Shown here one piece after another: positions 28,769 to 37,960 of a stretch of 64,000 nucleotides of DNA. Below the pieces are notes generated by a model that saw nothing but the letters and a program-made list of their open reading frames with translations, searched no databases and had not been told where the DNA came from. Source of the DNA: an uncultured virus (IMG/VR IMGVR_UViG_3300036945_000802). Taxonomy: Duplodnaviria; Heunggongvirae; Uroviricota; Caudoviricetes. A program made the translations under genes and the position numbers. The stretch lies in IMG/VR virus record IMGVR_UViG_3300036945_000802; one strand, written 5' to 3'. Within the stretch, counting starts at the first letter, position 1. Each line of letters starts with the position of its first letter.

Positions 28769-29931
28769 TCGAAACAACTAAGTACTATGATGAATACATT
28801 CGTTATTTTAAACTAGCTTTAGACCAACAAAATAAGTGTAACGTATCTGATACTGCACCTTATGGCATGTTGTCTCATGCGGATTCAGATATGAATGACG
28901 AATTGTTGCATCACGTAGAACTATACGACGTAGTAGAACGTAAGTATGCTGGATTTTCTCAGATCGTAAATGATGCATTTTATGGTTGGACCGAAGAACA
29001 TCCATATTGGAAAAAGATGGAAGCTGGCAAAATTACACGTCAGCGTGAAGTAGTTGCTAAAGACTGGACAGGTAAACACACCGACTTTAAACTTCCTGAG
29101 TGGTTGTATATTTTTATTCTTCATCGTGTTTGTGGTTCTGCTATTAATTACTCTACTAAACCTAGTGGATACCACAATACATTACTCTTCAACTTACACA
29201 AAGCTAAGACAATCGAAGGAATGGTTGAGATTGTAAATAAACATCCTAAACCATTTTACACATCAGTGGGATACCAATTCCCATCATTCCCTAAACCACC
29301 AGCTGGATCAAGTTACAAACGAGGTGGTGATTACTATCTAAGTGAATATGCACCACGTTTGGCTAGAGAACTTGCAGAGTTCTTAGAAAAAGGTGGTAAG
29401 CGAGATCTAAGAGAGATCGGCGATTTCATGTTGAAGTGGAACGTAGAGAATGGTCTTCGTCAATATCATTTCCAATATGCAGCAGTTGTTGCTGACATTG
29501 CAGATTGGTATCCACAATACACAAATAAAGAATCTCCATTTTATTATGGAACTAATGCAGTTGAGTGTATCTCTTACTTGGCAAAACCAACCAGCAAGAT
29601 GAAACCGATTGAGTTCTTAGATAAAGTTATGGAGAAAATCTATGATGATGTTAAATCATATCCATATAATGCTGAAGACGTATGCTGTGACTTTATCCGT
29701 TGGGTAGAAAACTATGTTCGACCTGGTGCAGATTACAATCATTTAGATTACGATACACTGTGGTCATCATGCAAGATTAAAGATCATCCATTTGGTAGAC
29801 AAGAAAATATGTTAAAACTTGGATTGGTTAAATCGTTTAATGGTATGAAGGCACATCCATCAGATGATGCAGTTATTAAGGCAGCAGGTTTAACAGTAGA
29901 ACAATACAAAGAACTATGCAAAACGATTTAA
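28765..29931 (+). CDS. Putative aGPT-Pplase / amino acid:DNA transferase-superfamily protein (HhH-glycosylase-like)
   Basis: VVADIAD...YYGTNAVECISYL...AEDVCCDFIRW matches the D...GxGa...ExxxC pattern I recall for this superfamily; located in the modification operon. Confidence 0.55.
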   Translation: MIETTKYYDEYIRYFKLALDQQNKCNVSDTAPYGMLSHADSDMNDELLHHVELYDVVERKYAGFSQIVNDAFYGWTEEHPYWKKMEAGKITRQREVVAKDWTGKHTDFKLPEWLYIFILHRVCGSAINYSTKPSGYHNTLLFNLHKAKTIEGMVEIVNKHPKPFYTSVGYQFPSFPKPPAGSSYKRGGDYYLSEYAPRLARELAEFLEKGGKRDLREIGDFMLKWNVENGLRQYHFQYAAVVADIADWYPQYTNKESPFYYGTNAVECISYLAKPTSKMKPIEFLDKVMEKIYDDVKSYPYNAEDVCCDFIRWVENYVRPGADYNHLDYDTLWSSCKIKDHPFGRQENMLKLGLVKSFNGMKAHPSDDAVIKAAGLTVEQYKELCKTI

Positions 29932-30899
29932 CACAATTTATCGATGAGTCATATGTTAATATCACATATGAGAATACATCTCCAGTTCAATTAAAGAGTG
30001 GCAAACCAACAGAAAGTTGGATGAAAAACTGGACACAAGAAGAACGATTCGAAAAGTTCTTTGAGTGGTGTCAAGCATTCGATAAGCGTGAAGATAAACT
30101 ATTGAAAGAAGACTATCAGATCTTCTCTCATCGTTTACATTGGCACGAACATCCATTTGTAGATGTGATGCAACCAATCACTGATAATAAGTTACGCTTA
30201 TTTTATACGCTTGTATTCTCATTTAGTAATGAACATTGGGGTACACTCACATCATTAATGAATGATGGTATTATATTGACGCGTGAACGGTTTAAGACAC
30301 AACGACATGCACGTAACGATCTATTTCAAATCTATTATCCTAAAGGCACAAACGTAAAAGATTGGTTGATCGATGGTCCAATGAAAGCTGCAGAGGATAT
30401 GCACACTATCTTAGAAGAACCTGCAAAGATGGGTCGACCATTCACAATGATGGAATTTGCTAAACGTTTAGAAGCATACTTCAAAGAGCATCAAGGTTTT
30501 AGAAGTCCATTATATCCTTGTAAGAATACTGCACGTTATATGGCATTTGCATACCCGCATCTTGTTGATCCAGAATCTGTGTTGTTTGGTGGTACAGGTC
30601 ACTTCGATGGTATGCAACAAATCTTTGGTGGTCCAAATTTAAACGGTAAAGTTAAGTATGAGATTGGTCCGAATGGAGAGTTTACAGCAACGAATAAGTA
30701 TGGTATAATGTGGCTAGAACAGATGAATACACTTGCTAATGATACTCGCAATCCAATGACAGTACAAAAAATGCTGAACGTAGAAGACAAGACTTGTTTT
30801 TTCTACAAACATATTGCCATTAGTCATGGTGTAAAATCTCCGACTAAACGTATTCCTTATACATGGATTTTCCCACAAGAATTTAGCCTAAAAAAATGA
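29916..30899 (+). CDS. Second, divergent aGPT-Pplase-superfamily paralogue
   Basis: EDKLLKEDYQIFSHR...LFGGTGHFDGMQQIF...VEDKTCFFYKH parallels 28765. Confidence 0.5.
   Translation: MQNDLTQFIDESYVNITYENTSPVQLKSGKPTESWMKNWTQEERFEKFFEWCQAFDKREDKLLKEDYQIFSHRLHWHEHPFVDVMQPITDNKLRLFYTLVFSFSNEHWGTLTSLMNDGIILTRERFKTQRHARNDLFQIYYPKGTNVKDWLIDGPMKAAEDMHTILEEPAKMGRPFTMMEFAKRLEAYFKEHQGFRSPLYPCKNTARYMAFAYPHLVDPESVLFGGTGHFDGMQQIFGGPNLNGKVKYEIGPNGEFTATNKYGIMWLEQMNTLANDTRNPMTVQKMLNVEDKTCFFYKHIAISHGVKSPTKRIPYTWIFPQEFSLKK
30681..30709 (+). promoter_or_regulatory. Internal early/middle promoter
   Basis: TTTACA-N17-TATAAT with TATGG, inside a CDS and upstream of 30896. Confidence 0.55.
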
Positions 30900-31879
30900 A
30901 TGTATTAACAAATCCAATTAGTAATATTCCAAAGCTTAAGAACTCCCACGTTTTAGGTTGGTCACTAGTTTGGGCGGATCAATTGAATGCTCGCATCGAT
31001 CATGCTTGTTCACCAGCAATTGGTTTAGATAAAACAGTTTATCTTGAGCATGGTGTAAACTTTGGTGGAACACTAAACTTATTCGGTGGTGCCACCAAAG
31101 AAATTTTCGATCGTATCAATAGAGTCGCTTCTCATCCTAATGTAGTATCATTAGACTTTGATATGCCTGCATGGGGAGAACAACTTAAGAAACGAATTGG
31201 TGCACCAACAACTTATGTTGGAATAACAGAACAATGGTGCGATGCACTAACTAAACGATTAAGCACAGTTCCATCATTAAAACAAGAAGAATTGTTGGGA
31301 GTATCAAGTAAGTTCGATGGTATTTCTGTTGGTGATTCACATACACCAGCGTTCTCTCGTGCTACAGATATCGTTCTACGTGAAAACGGTAAAACATTAT
31401 ATGGTACATTAAAGCGTGGATTAATTACCGAATTTAGAGGATTAAAACCTTTTGGCAATATTACATTTTGTTATGGTTCTATTGATGTACGTCATCATCT
31501 TCTTCGCCATCAGAATTTTAATTTAGATGACATGCTGGATGAATATGTACGACAAGCAGTTATGATTCAAAAAGAACATAAGTGTGACATCTCATTTACA
31601 ACTCCAGTACCAGTTGAATACGAAACTCGTAGATTACCTAAGACTGGTTATTTTAAAGGTACTCCATTCTTTGGATCAAGGCAAGAACGTTTAGATCTTA
31701 CATACCGAATTATAGAAGGACTAAATAAAAGAAAGGTGAACGTAATACAACCACCTTCAGAATGGTACAAAATGGATGGTGAGAAGTACGCTAAGACTTA
31801 CATGGAAAATGGATCCAGCGTTCATATCTCTCCACAATATTATAGAAGAATTGACTGGGGAAATACGTGTTTAGCATAA
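30896..31879 (+). CDS. Protein with SGNH/GDSL-like hydrolase or acyltransferase domain
   Basis: SVGDSH, YGSIDVR and SVHIS blocks. Confidence 0.5.
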   Translation: MNVLTNPISNIPKLKNSHVLGWSLVWADQLNARIDHACSPAIGLDKTVYLEHGVNFGGTLNLFGGATKEIFDRINRVASHPNVVSLDFDMPAWGEQLKKRIGAPTTYVGITEQWCDALTKRLSTVPSLKQEELLGVSSKFDGISVGDSHTPAFSRATDIVLRENGKTLYGTLKRGLITEFRGLKPFGNITFCYGSIDVRHHLLRHQNFNLDDMLDEYVRQAVMIQKEHKCDISFTTPVPVEYETRRLPKTGYFKGTPFFGSRQERLDLTYRIIEGLNKRKVNVIQPPSEWYKMDGEKYAKTYMENGSSVHISPQYYRRIDWGNTCLA

Positions 31880-32817
31880 CAGAAGATAATGGCAACAAAG
31901 ACATTCCTATGGGAATGGATCGACAAGAAGCAAATGATTATTACATGGAAATATGGGGAACATTTGATTCTAAAGTAGCAGATCCAGTAGTAGAAAAATA
32001 TGGTGATAAATACATCCTCCGTGCAGATCTTGCACCAGGCGGATTGAAATCTTTTGGTGGTGAACGCGTAATCGCAGAAACAAAATATGATACGTTAACA
32101 TATTGTGCACCTCGTCAAGGCCATGCGATGGATGCAATCTCTATGCTTGCTGAAATGTACAATAAGAAAGTCGTCTTCTTTTGTCCATCTTCTAAGCGAG
32201 TGTCTGACCATCAAGGTGCACTATTCTCGTATCCTCATGTTGATATGAGATTCGTTCGTATTGCTGCTATGCCAGTTTTAAATCAATACGCTAAGAATTG
32301 GGCAAAAGAAAACAATGCACAATATCTTCCGCTTGGTTTAAAGAACATGCCAATGGTTACAGCTGGACTTGTGAACATGGCGAATAAGATAACTAAACAG
32401 TTAGGTAAAGAACCTACACAAATTTGGTGTGCAGTGTCAACAGGAACTATGACACGTGCATTACAAATCGGTTGGCCATCGGCCGAAGCACACGGTGTTG
32501 CAGTAGCACGTAACATTCATAAAGGCGAAATTGGAGATGCAAAAGTTATATCAGCAACTATGCCTTTTCTTAAAGCATATAAAACAAAACATGCTTTGCC
32601 ATTCCCTACTACAGCAGCTTATGATGCTAAAGCTTGGGATTTATTTGTAGAGCATGGAAAACCAGGTGCAATTTTCATCAACGTTGGATCAGATGAACAC
32701 ATTAACCGTAACTTGCAAACTGTAGACATTGACAACATCAATAGCTACAGAGAATGGCATGATATGGAAGATTTAAAACGTAACAGAGCATTTAAAAACA
32801 GTGTACATACAGTGTAA
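31867..32817 (+). CDS. PLP-dependent enzyme, fold type II (TrpB/Thr dehydratase-like)
   Basis: DLAPGGLK (PLP Lys), IWCAVSTGT loop, YDAKAW and FINVG; GTG start. Confidence 0.72.
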   Translation: MFSITEDNGNKDIPMGMDRQEANDYYMEIWGTFDSKVADPVVEKYGDKYILRADLAPGGLKSFGGERVIAETKYDTLTYCAPRQGHAMDAISMLAEMYNKKVVFFCPSSKRVSDHQGALFSYPHVDMRFVRIAAMPVLNQYAKNWAKENNAQYLPLGLKNMPMVTAGLVNMANKITKQLGKEPTQIWCAVSTGTMTRALQIGWPSAEAHGVAVARNIHKGEIGDAKVISATMPFLKAYKTKHALPFPTTAAYDAKAWDLFVEHGKPGAIFINVGSDEHINRNLQTVDIDNINSYREWHDMEDLKRNRAFKNSVHTV

Positions 32818-32830
32818 AATGTGGTATAAT
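32802..32830 (+). promoter_or_regulatory. Early/middle promoter for uvsX
   Basis: TGTACA-N17-TATAAT with TGTGG. Confidence 0.82.
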
Positions 32831-32853
32831 AATACTTTAGCTAGGAGCAAAAT

Positions 32854-33912
32854 ATGGGTTTAATGGATAAATTACAGAAAAATTCGAAAATCGAATTTAC
32901 TTCACCTCTCGAAGATTCTAAATTCTTCGGCAATAAGGATGTCATCTCGACTCCTGTACCAATGATTAACGTAGCACTTGGCGGTAGTCTCGATGGTGGT
33001 CTCACACCTGGTTTGACAGTACTTGCTGGTCCAAGTAAACACTTCAAGACAGCATTCTCTTTGCTTATGGCAAAAGCATACATGGATAAGTACGCTGATG
33101 CGGTTATGCTATTCTATGATTCAGAATTTGGTACACCACAAGCTTACTTCGATTCATTTGGTATCGATAAGTCTCGTGTACTACACACTCCTATTACAGA
33201 CGTAGAACAACTTAAGTTTGACGTTGTATCTCAATTGAATAACCTTACACGTGGTGAAAAAGTTATTATCGTCATCGACTCTGTAGGTAACTTAGCATCT
33301 AAGAAAGAATTAGAAGATGCATTGAACGAAAAATCTGTGGCAGATATGTCACGTGCTAAAGCACTTAAAGGTTTGTTCCGTATGATTACACCATATTTGA
33401 CCATGAAAGATGTGCCAATGGTTGTAGTTAATCATACGTATATGGAAATCGGTATGTTCCCGAAAGCTGTTGTCTCTGGTGGTACAGGCATTTATTATTC
33501 AGCTGATACAATTTGGATCTTAGGTCGTCAACAAGATAAAGATGGCACAGAGATTAAAGGTTACCACTTCATCATCAACGTTGAGAAGAGTCGTTATGTT
33601 AAAGAAAAATCTAAAATCCCTGTATCTGTTTCTTTCGAGGGTGGAATTCAGCGTTATAGCGGGTTGCTTGATATTGCTTTGGCTGGTAACTTCGTTGGTA
33701 AACCTAATAACGGGTGGTATCAAAAAATCGATCGAGAAACAGGTGAGTTCCTCGGCACAAAAGTACGAGAGAAGGATACGCTCAATCAAGAATTCTGGGC
33801 AGACTTACTAGCATCTAAAGATTTCCAACAATACATTACAGACTCTTTCAAAGTTGGTAGTGGTAAGATGTACCAACAACCAGAAGAAGAATTAGACGAT
33901 GATAACGCATGA
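32854..33912 (+). CDS. uvsX: RecA-like recombinase UvsX
   Basis: AGPSKHFKT, FYDSEFG, DSVGNLASKKE and VSGGTG. Confidence 0.96.
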   Translation: MGLMDKLQKNSKIEFTSPLEDSKFFGNKDVISTPVPMINVALGGSLDGGLTPGLTVLAGPSKHFKTAFSLLMAKAYMDKYADAVMLFYDSEFGTPQAYFDSFGIDKSRVLHTPITDVEQLKFDVVSQLNNLTRGEKVIIVIDSVGNLASKKELEDALNEKSVADMSRAKALKGLFRMITPYLTMKDVPMVVVNHTYMEIGMFPKAVVSGGTGIYYSADTIWILGRQQDKDGTEIKGYHFIINVEKSRYVKEKSKIPVSVSFEGGIQRYSGLLDIALAGNFVGKPNNGWYQKIDRETGEFLGTKVREKDTLNQEFWADLLASKDFQQYITDSFKVGSGKMYQQPEEELDDDNA

Positions 33913-34243
33913 TAGTTACACCTTCGTCGAACACAAAGGCGAAGAAGATTGGTATGTTAAGCTAAAACAAGGCGACTATAAAGATGTCATCTTCAAATAC
34001 GGTAGAATTGAAGTAGAAGAAGATGATGTCGAAGAATCTGCTAAATTAAAATTCCAATTCAAAGTGGCAAAAATTCCACAAGAATTGGAAATGACAGAGG
34101 AAGAGTTGCAAGAAGACTTAACATTCTTAAATCTATTAGGTGACGTTCTTACTCATATCATCGAAGATGCTATGGAAACAGGCAAATATAAATTAGGACA
34201 AAATGATAAGCCAACTGATTCTGAATCAACTGTGCACGAATGA
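33899..34243 (+). CDS. Hypothetical protein between uvsX and gp41
   Basis: Acidic ORF overlapping both neighbours. Confidence 0.65.
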   Translation: MITHDSYTFVEHKGEEDWYVKLKQGDYKDVIFKYGRIEVEEDDVEESAKLKFQFKVAKIPQELEMTEEELQEDLTFLNLLGDVLTHIIEDAMETGKYKLGQNDKPTDSESTVHE

Positions 34244-35591
34244 AGAGTATGTTAGACGTGCTCTTCCTTTCTTAAAGCCAGAGTACTTCGAAAGAAGTGA
34301 GAAGCTACTGTACGCAGTGGTTTCCCACTTTGTTGAAAAATATAATACTGTACCAACTGAAGCAGCATTAAAACTTGAACTGCAAAAGATCCCTAATCTT
34401 TCTAATGAGATTATGGATCAAGTCTCTATTGCGTATAAAGCTGAACCAGTTGACATGCAATGGATGCTAGATGAAACTGAAAAGTTTTGCCAAGATCGTT
34501 CTATCTACTTGGCAATTATGGAATCCATTCAAATTATTGATGGTAAACATAAGGAGCTTTCCAATAATGCAATTCCAGATATCCTATCTAAAGCTTTGGG
34601 TGTTAGCTTTGACACTAACATTGGTCACGACTATATTGATTCTTCCGATGCGCGCTATGATTTTTATCATAAAGTTGAGGGGCGTTTGCCTTTTGACTTG
34701 GACTTCTTTAACAAGATCACTAAAGGCGGTTTGCCAAATAAGACTCTCAACATTATTCTTGCTGGTACTGGTGTTGGTAAGTCATTATTCATGTGTCACA
34801 TGGCTGGCTCAGCACTAACACAAGGTAAAAATGTACTATACATAACTATGGAAATGGCAGAAGAACGTATCGCTGAACGTATCGATGCAAACTTAATGAA
34901 CATTCCCATTGACCAACTTGAGCAGTTACCTAAGGCAGTGTACGATCAAAAGATTCAAAAGATTGGACAAAAGAATATTGGTAAGTTAATCATTAAAGAA
35001 TATCCAACTGGAGCTGCCCACGTTGGGCACTTTAGAGCATTAATTAATGAACTTAAACTTAAAAAGAACTTTCGTCCAGATATTATCTTCGTTGACTACC
35101 TTAATATTTGCGCCTCTTCTCGCGTTAAAGGATTGGGCGGATCGATTAATACTTACTCGTACATTAAATCGATTGCAGAGGAAATGCGTGGCTTTGCGGT
35201 TGAAAACAACTGTCCCGTTGTATCAGCAACCCAAACGACGAGGTCTGGTTTCTCGAACACGGATGTTGGTCTTGAGGATACAAGTGAATCTTTTGGTCTT
35301 CCGGCTACAGCTGATTTTATGTTTGCTGTCATCTCCACGGAAGAGTTGGAAAAACTTGGGCAACTTATGGTTAAACAGCTTAAGAACAGGTACAACGACC
35401 CAACGTTCCACAAACGATTCATCATCGGTGTAGATAGAGCAAGAATGAAACTATATGACGTTGAAGCTAGTGCCCAAACATTAATCAATGATGCAGCACA
35501 CGTTGCAACTAAACAAGAAGATAAACCATTAAACACATTCGGTGATAGAGAAAAACCATCGAAAGATTTTGGAAGTTTTAAATATGAGTGA
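34203..35591 (+). CDS. gp41: Replicative DnaB-like helicase
   Basis: AGTGVGKS, ITMEMAEE, VDYL, SATQTTR and KQLKNRY. Confidence 0.96.
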   Translation: MISQLILNQLCTNEEYVRRALPFLKPEYFERSEKLLYAVVSHFVEKYNTVPTEAALKLELQKIPNLSNEIMDQVSIAYKAEPVDMQWMLDETEKFCQDRSIYLAIMESIQIIDGKHKELSNNAIPDILSKALGVSFDTNIGHDYIDSSDARYDFYHKVEGRLPFDLDFFNKITKGGLPNKTLNIILAGTGVGKSLFMCHMAGSALTQGKNVLYITMEMAEERIAERIDANLMNIPIDQLEQLPKAVYDQKIQKIGQKNIGKLIIKEYPTGAAHVGHFRALINELKLKKNFRPDIIFVDYLNICASSRVKGLGGSINTYSYIKSIAEEMRGFAVENNCPVVSATQTTRSGFSNTDVGLEDTSESFGLPATADFMFAVISTEELEKLGQLMVKQLKNRYNDPTFHKRFIIGVDRARMKLYDVEASAQTLINDAAHVATKQEDKPLNTFGDREKPSKDFGSFKYE

Positions 35592-35772
35592 TAAAAAAGA
35601 AGAGTGGAAAACTGCTGACCGTGTTGGCAGATATAAAGTAACATATTATTCTACAGGACAAATGGTACTGCACAAGTGGTTTGATACGTTCTCAGAGGCA
35701 AGTGAATTCTCTGTGCATAGTGTTAAAACTGGTGATGTAATCGAAGTGAAATGGTATCCAAATGAAAGTTAA
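35584..35772 (+). CDS. Hypothetical protein
   Basis: Short ORF MSDKKEEW overlapping the gp41 stop. Confidence 0.55.
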   Translation: MSDKKEEWKTADRVGRYKVTYYSTGQMVLHKWFDTFSEASEFSVHSVKTGDVIEVKWYPNES

Positions 35773-36448
35773 ATTAGTATCGTATAGTAAACCAAGTCCA
35801 GAGTTTTGTAATGAAGGATTAACTGATGTACAAGATCTCATCGCTTATTGCGCCCGTGTCTCCAATCCTGCAAATCAACTTAATCTCGAAACGTCCGAGA
35901 AACTTATTAGATATCTTATTAAGCATGCACACTGGTCACCGCTCGAAATGGTCTCAGCGTGTATTGAAATCACAACCACAAGAGATATTGCAAGACAGAT
36001 TTTACGTCACAGAAGTTTCAGCTTCCAAGAATTCTCCCAACGATATGCTGATCCTACAGCTGAACTTGATGAAGCGTTTGTGTTACGTGAGGCAAGATTC
36101 CAGGACACAAAGAATCGACAGAACAGTGTAGAACTAGATTTAGAAAACGAAGAACAAAAGTTGTTAGCATATGAATGGGAACGTGCACAGAAACGCGTAC
36201 TATTCTCTGTCAAACAAGAATACCAATGGGCTATTAAGAATGGTATTGCAAAAGAACAAGCACGTGCTGTTTTACCAGAAGGTTTGACTGTAAGTAGAAT
36301 GTACATGAATGGTACACTCCGCAGTTGGATCCATTTCATCGAACTTCGTTCAGGTAATGGCACACAGAAAGAACATCGAGAGATTGCTTTAGAGATTGCT
36401 AAATGTATCGCTGAAATATTCCCAATGGCAAAGGATCTAACATGCTAG
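35762..36448 (+). CDS. thyX: FAD-dependent thymidylate synthase
   Basis: HWSPLE, RHRSFSFQEFSQRY signature and EQARAVLP. Confidence 0.95.
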   Translation: MKVKLVSYSKPSPEFCNEGLTDVQDLIAYCARVSNPANQLNLETSEKLIRYLIKHAHWSPLEMVSACIEITTTRDIARQILRHRSFSFQEFSQRYADPTAELDEAFVLREARFQDTKNRQNSVELDLENEEQKLLAYEWERAQKRVLFSVKQEYQWAIKNGIAKEQARAVLPEGLTVSRMYMNGTLRSWIHFIELRSGNGTQKEHREIALEIAKCIAEIFPMAKDLTC

Positions 36449-37107
36449 AAACAATTTGTGATATTATGGTTGACGCTTATAAGCGTAATTGGATTACAAG
36501 TCGAGATGGTAACGTAAGCATTCGTCATCACGATAGAGATCATTTCTATATTACACCAAGCGGCATCCGTAAACAAACTCTGCAACCAGATCAGTTTAAA
36601 AAAATTAGTATTGATAGAACTATTAATAGTGGAAATGGTACTGGAATTTTTGGATACAACTGGAGAGATTTACCATACACTGACATCAGCAAGAATCTAA
36701 CACCTAGTGGAGAAATACCTTTACACTTTGGTTTGCAAAAAGAAATGGGTCAACACAAAGATGATGTTAGAGTTGTAGTTCATGTACATCCAACATATTG
36801 TATTGCTGCTATGCATGCAGGTATCGATCTAAGTACAATTAGCGATGCATTCCCAGAACTTAATCGTTATACACGAGTAGCACCAAATGTTGGCGATGTA
36901 CCACCAATTAGTCAAGAACTTGCAGATCAATGCCATAAAAATTTACAATTAGACGCAGCTGGTAATATTGCGTATGACATCGTGGGTATCAAAGGACATG
37001 GTGTAGTTGCTATCGATACTAGTCCATGGAGAGCATATGAACACATTGAGCGCTTAGAACACATCTGTAAGATAGTACTAGCTTCAGGGAAAACAACTCA
37101 ACCATGA
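36442..37107 (+). CDS. Class II aldolase/adducin-family protein
   Basis: DGNVS, ITPSG, PSGEIPLH, HVHP and GHGVV. Confidence 0.88.
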   Translation: MLETICDIMVDAYKRNWITSRDGNVSIRHHDRDHFYITPSGIRKQTLQPDQFKKISIDRTINSGNGTGIFGYNWRDLPYTDISKNLTPSGEIPLHFGLQKEMGQHKDDVRVVVHVHPTYCIAAMHAGIDLSTISDAFPELNRYTRVAPNVGDVPPISQELADQCHKNLQLDAAGNIAYDIVGIKGHGVVAIDTSPWRAYEHIERLEHICKIVLASGKTTQP

Positions 37108-37137
37108 GCTTCTGGGCAGTAATAAAAAAGTATTCAA

Positions 37138-37150
37138 AATCAATGACTTA
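37138..37150. promoter_or_regulatory. IHF-consensus site
   Basis: AATCAATGACTTA matches WATCAANNNNTTR. Confidence 0.5.
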
Positions 37151-37153
37151 GAC

Positions 37154-37182
37154 AAGGGCCCTCCAGGGGCCCTTAATTTTTT
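37154..37182 (+). terminator. Hairpin terminator
   Basis: AAGGGCCC-TCCAG-GGGCCCTT followed by a T run. Confidence 0.65.
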
Positions 37183-37275
37183 CACAGGATGAAATGTTCC
37201 CAGATGACGAGCCGTCTGTGCAAGTATATGATTCTATTAGCTTTTTTATTTACGAACTATTTTAGGGGGCCCCTA

Positions 37276-37304
37276 TGTACAAACAGCGGGTTATAGGGTA
37301 TAAT
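37276..37304 (+). promoter_or_regulatory. Early promoter
   Basis: TGTACA-N17-TATAAT; leader CATAAATTGAAAAAAGGA shared with 60566. Confidence 0.82.
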
Positions 37305-37333
37305 GGTTACATAAATTGAAAAAAGGAACTATT

Positions 37334-37621
37334 ATGAAAAAGCTTAAATTCGAAGGTGCAGCAAACGTAGGTGAAGTTATTCGTGGCTATGATTTCAAAC
37401 CAATGCAAGGTCGCAATGACTGTTTCGTTGAAGGTATTGTAGAAGCAGTGACTAACGAAGTTGGTTACAAAGCTTTCAAAGTAACTTGTACTAAAGACGT
37501 TTTCGACGGTGTTGAAAACAAACGTGGCGAAAAAGGTTCACGAGTTGGTAAGATTGTTTTCGTACCAATGGAAACAAGCTTTATGGAATTCGATGCACGT
37601 ATCATTAACTTGTCTAAGTAA
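37334..37621 (+). CDS. Hypothetical early protein
   Basis: AAGGA SD; MKKLKFEG. Confidence 0.7.
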   Translation: MKKLKFEGAANVGEVIRGYDFKPMQGRNDCFVEGIVEAVTNEVGYKAFKVTCTKDVFDGVENKRGEKGSRVGKIVFVPMETSFMEFDARIINLSK

Positions 37622-37631
37622 GGAGAAATTT

Positions 37632-37958
37632 ATGACTAACTTTGTTCGCGCAACTTCTTATGTGTTCACTGCAGATCCACAATCTGTGTCTGACATGCAG
37701 CAAATCGTCATGATCAAAAAGACTGTAAAAGCCATGAATGATCAGATCAAACAAGCACATGGTTATGCATGCCGCAATGCAAAATATCGTGGAGAAGCGT
37801 TGCCTAAGACTCCTCGTCGATACCGTGTCCGTTTGATGGGTCGTGGTCCACGTGTTCAAGCTGCATTGCAAGACTATGGTCGCAAGCGCGCATATGATGC
37901 ATACTTGCCACAACGCTATGCAGTTAAGTTCGATGTGTATATTGCAGAGGTTCGTTAA
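37632..37958 (+). CDS. Hypothetical basic early protein
   Basis: AAGGAG SD; MTNFVRATS. Confidence 0.7.
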   Translation: MTNFVRATSYVFTADPQSVSDMQQIVMIKKTVKAMNDQIKQAHGYACRNAKYRGEALPKTPRRYRVRLMGRGPRVQAALQDYGRKRAYDAYLPQRYAVKFDVYIAEVR

Positions 37959-37960
37959 TC

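Noticed and set aside
34471..35433. +1-frame ORFs within gp41
   Set aside because: No convincing SD, and +1-frame ORFs are common in this codon background
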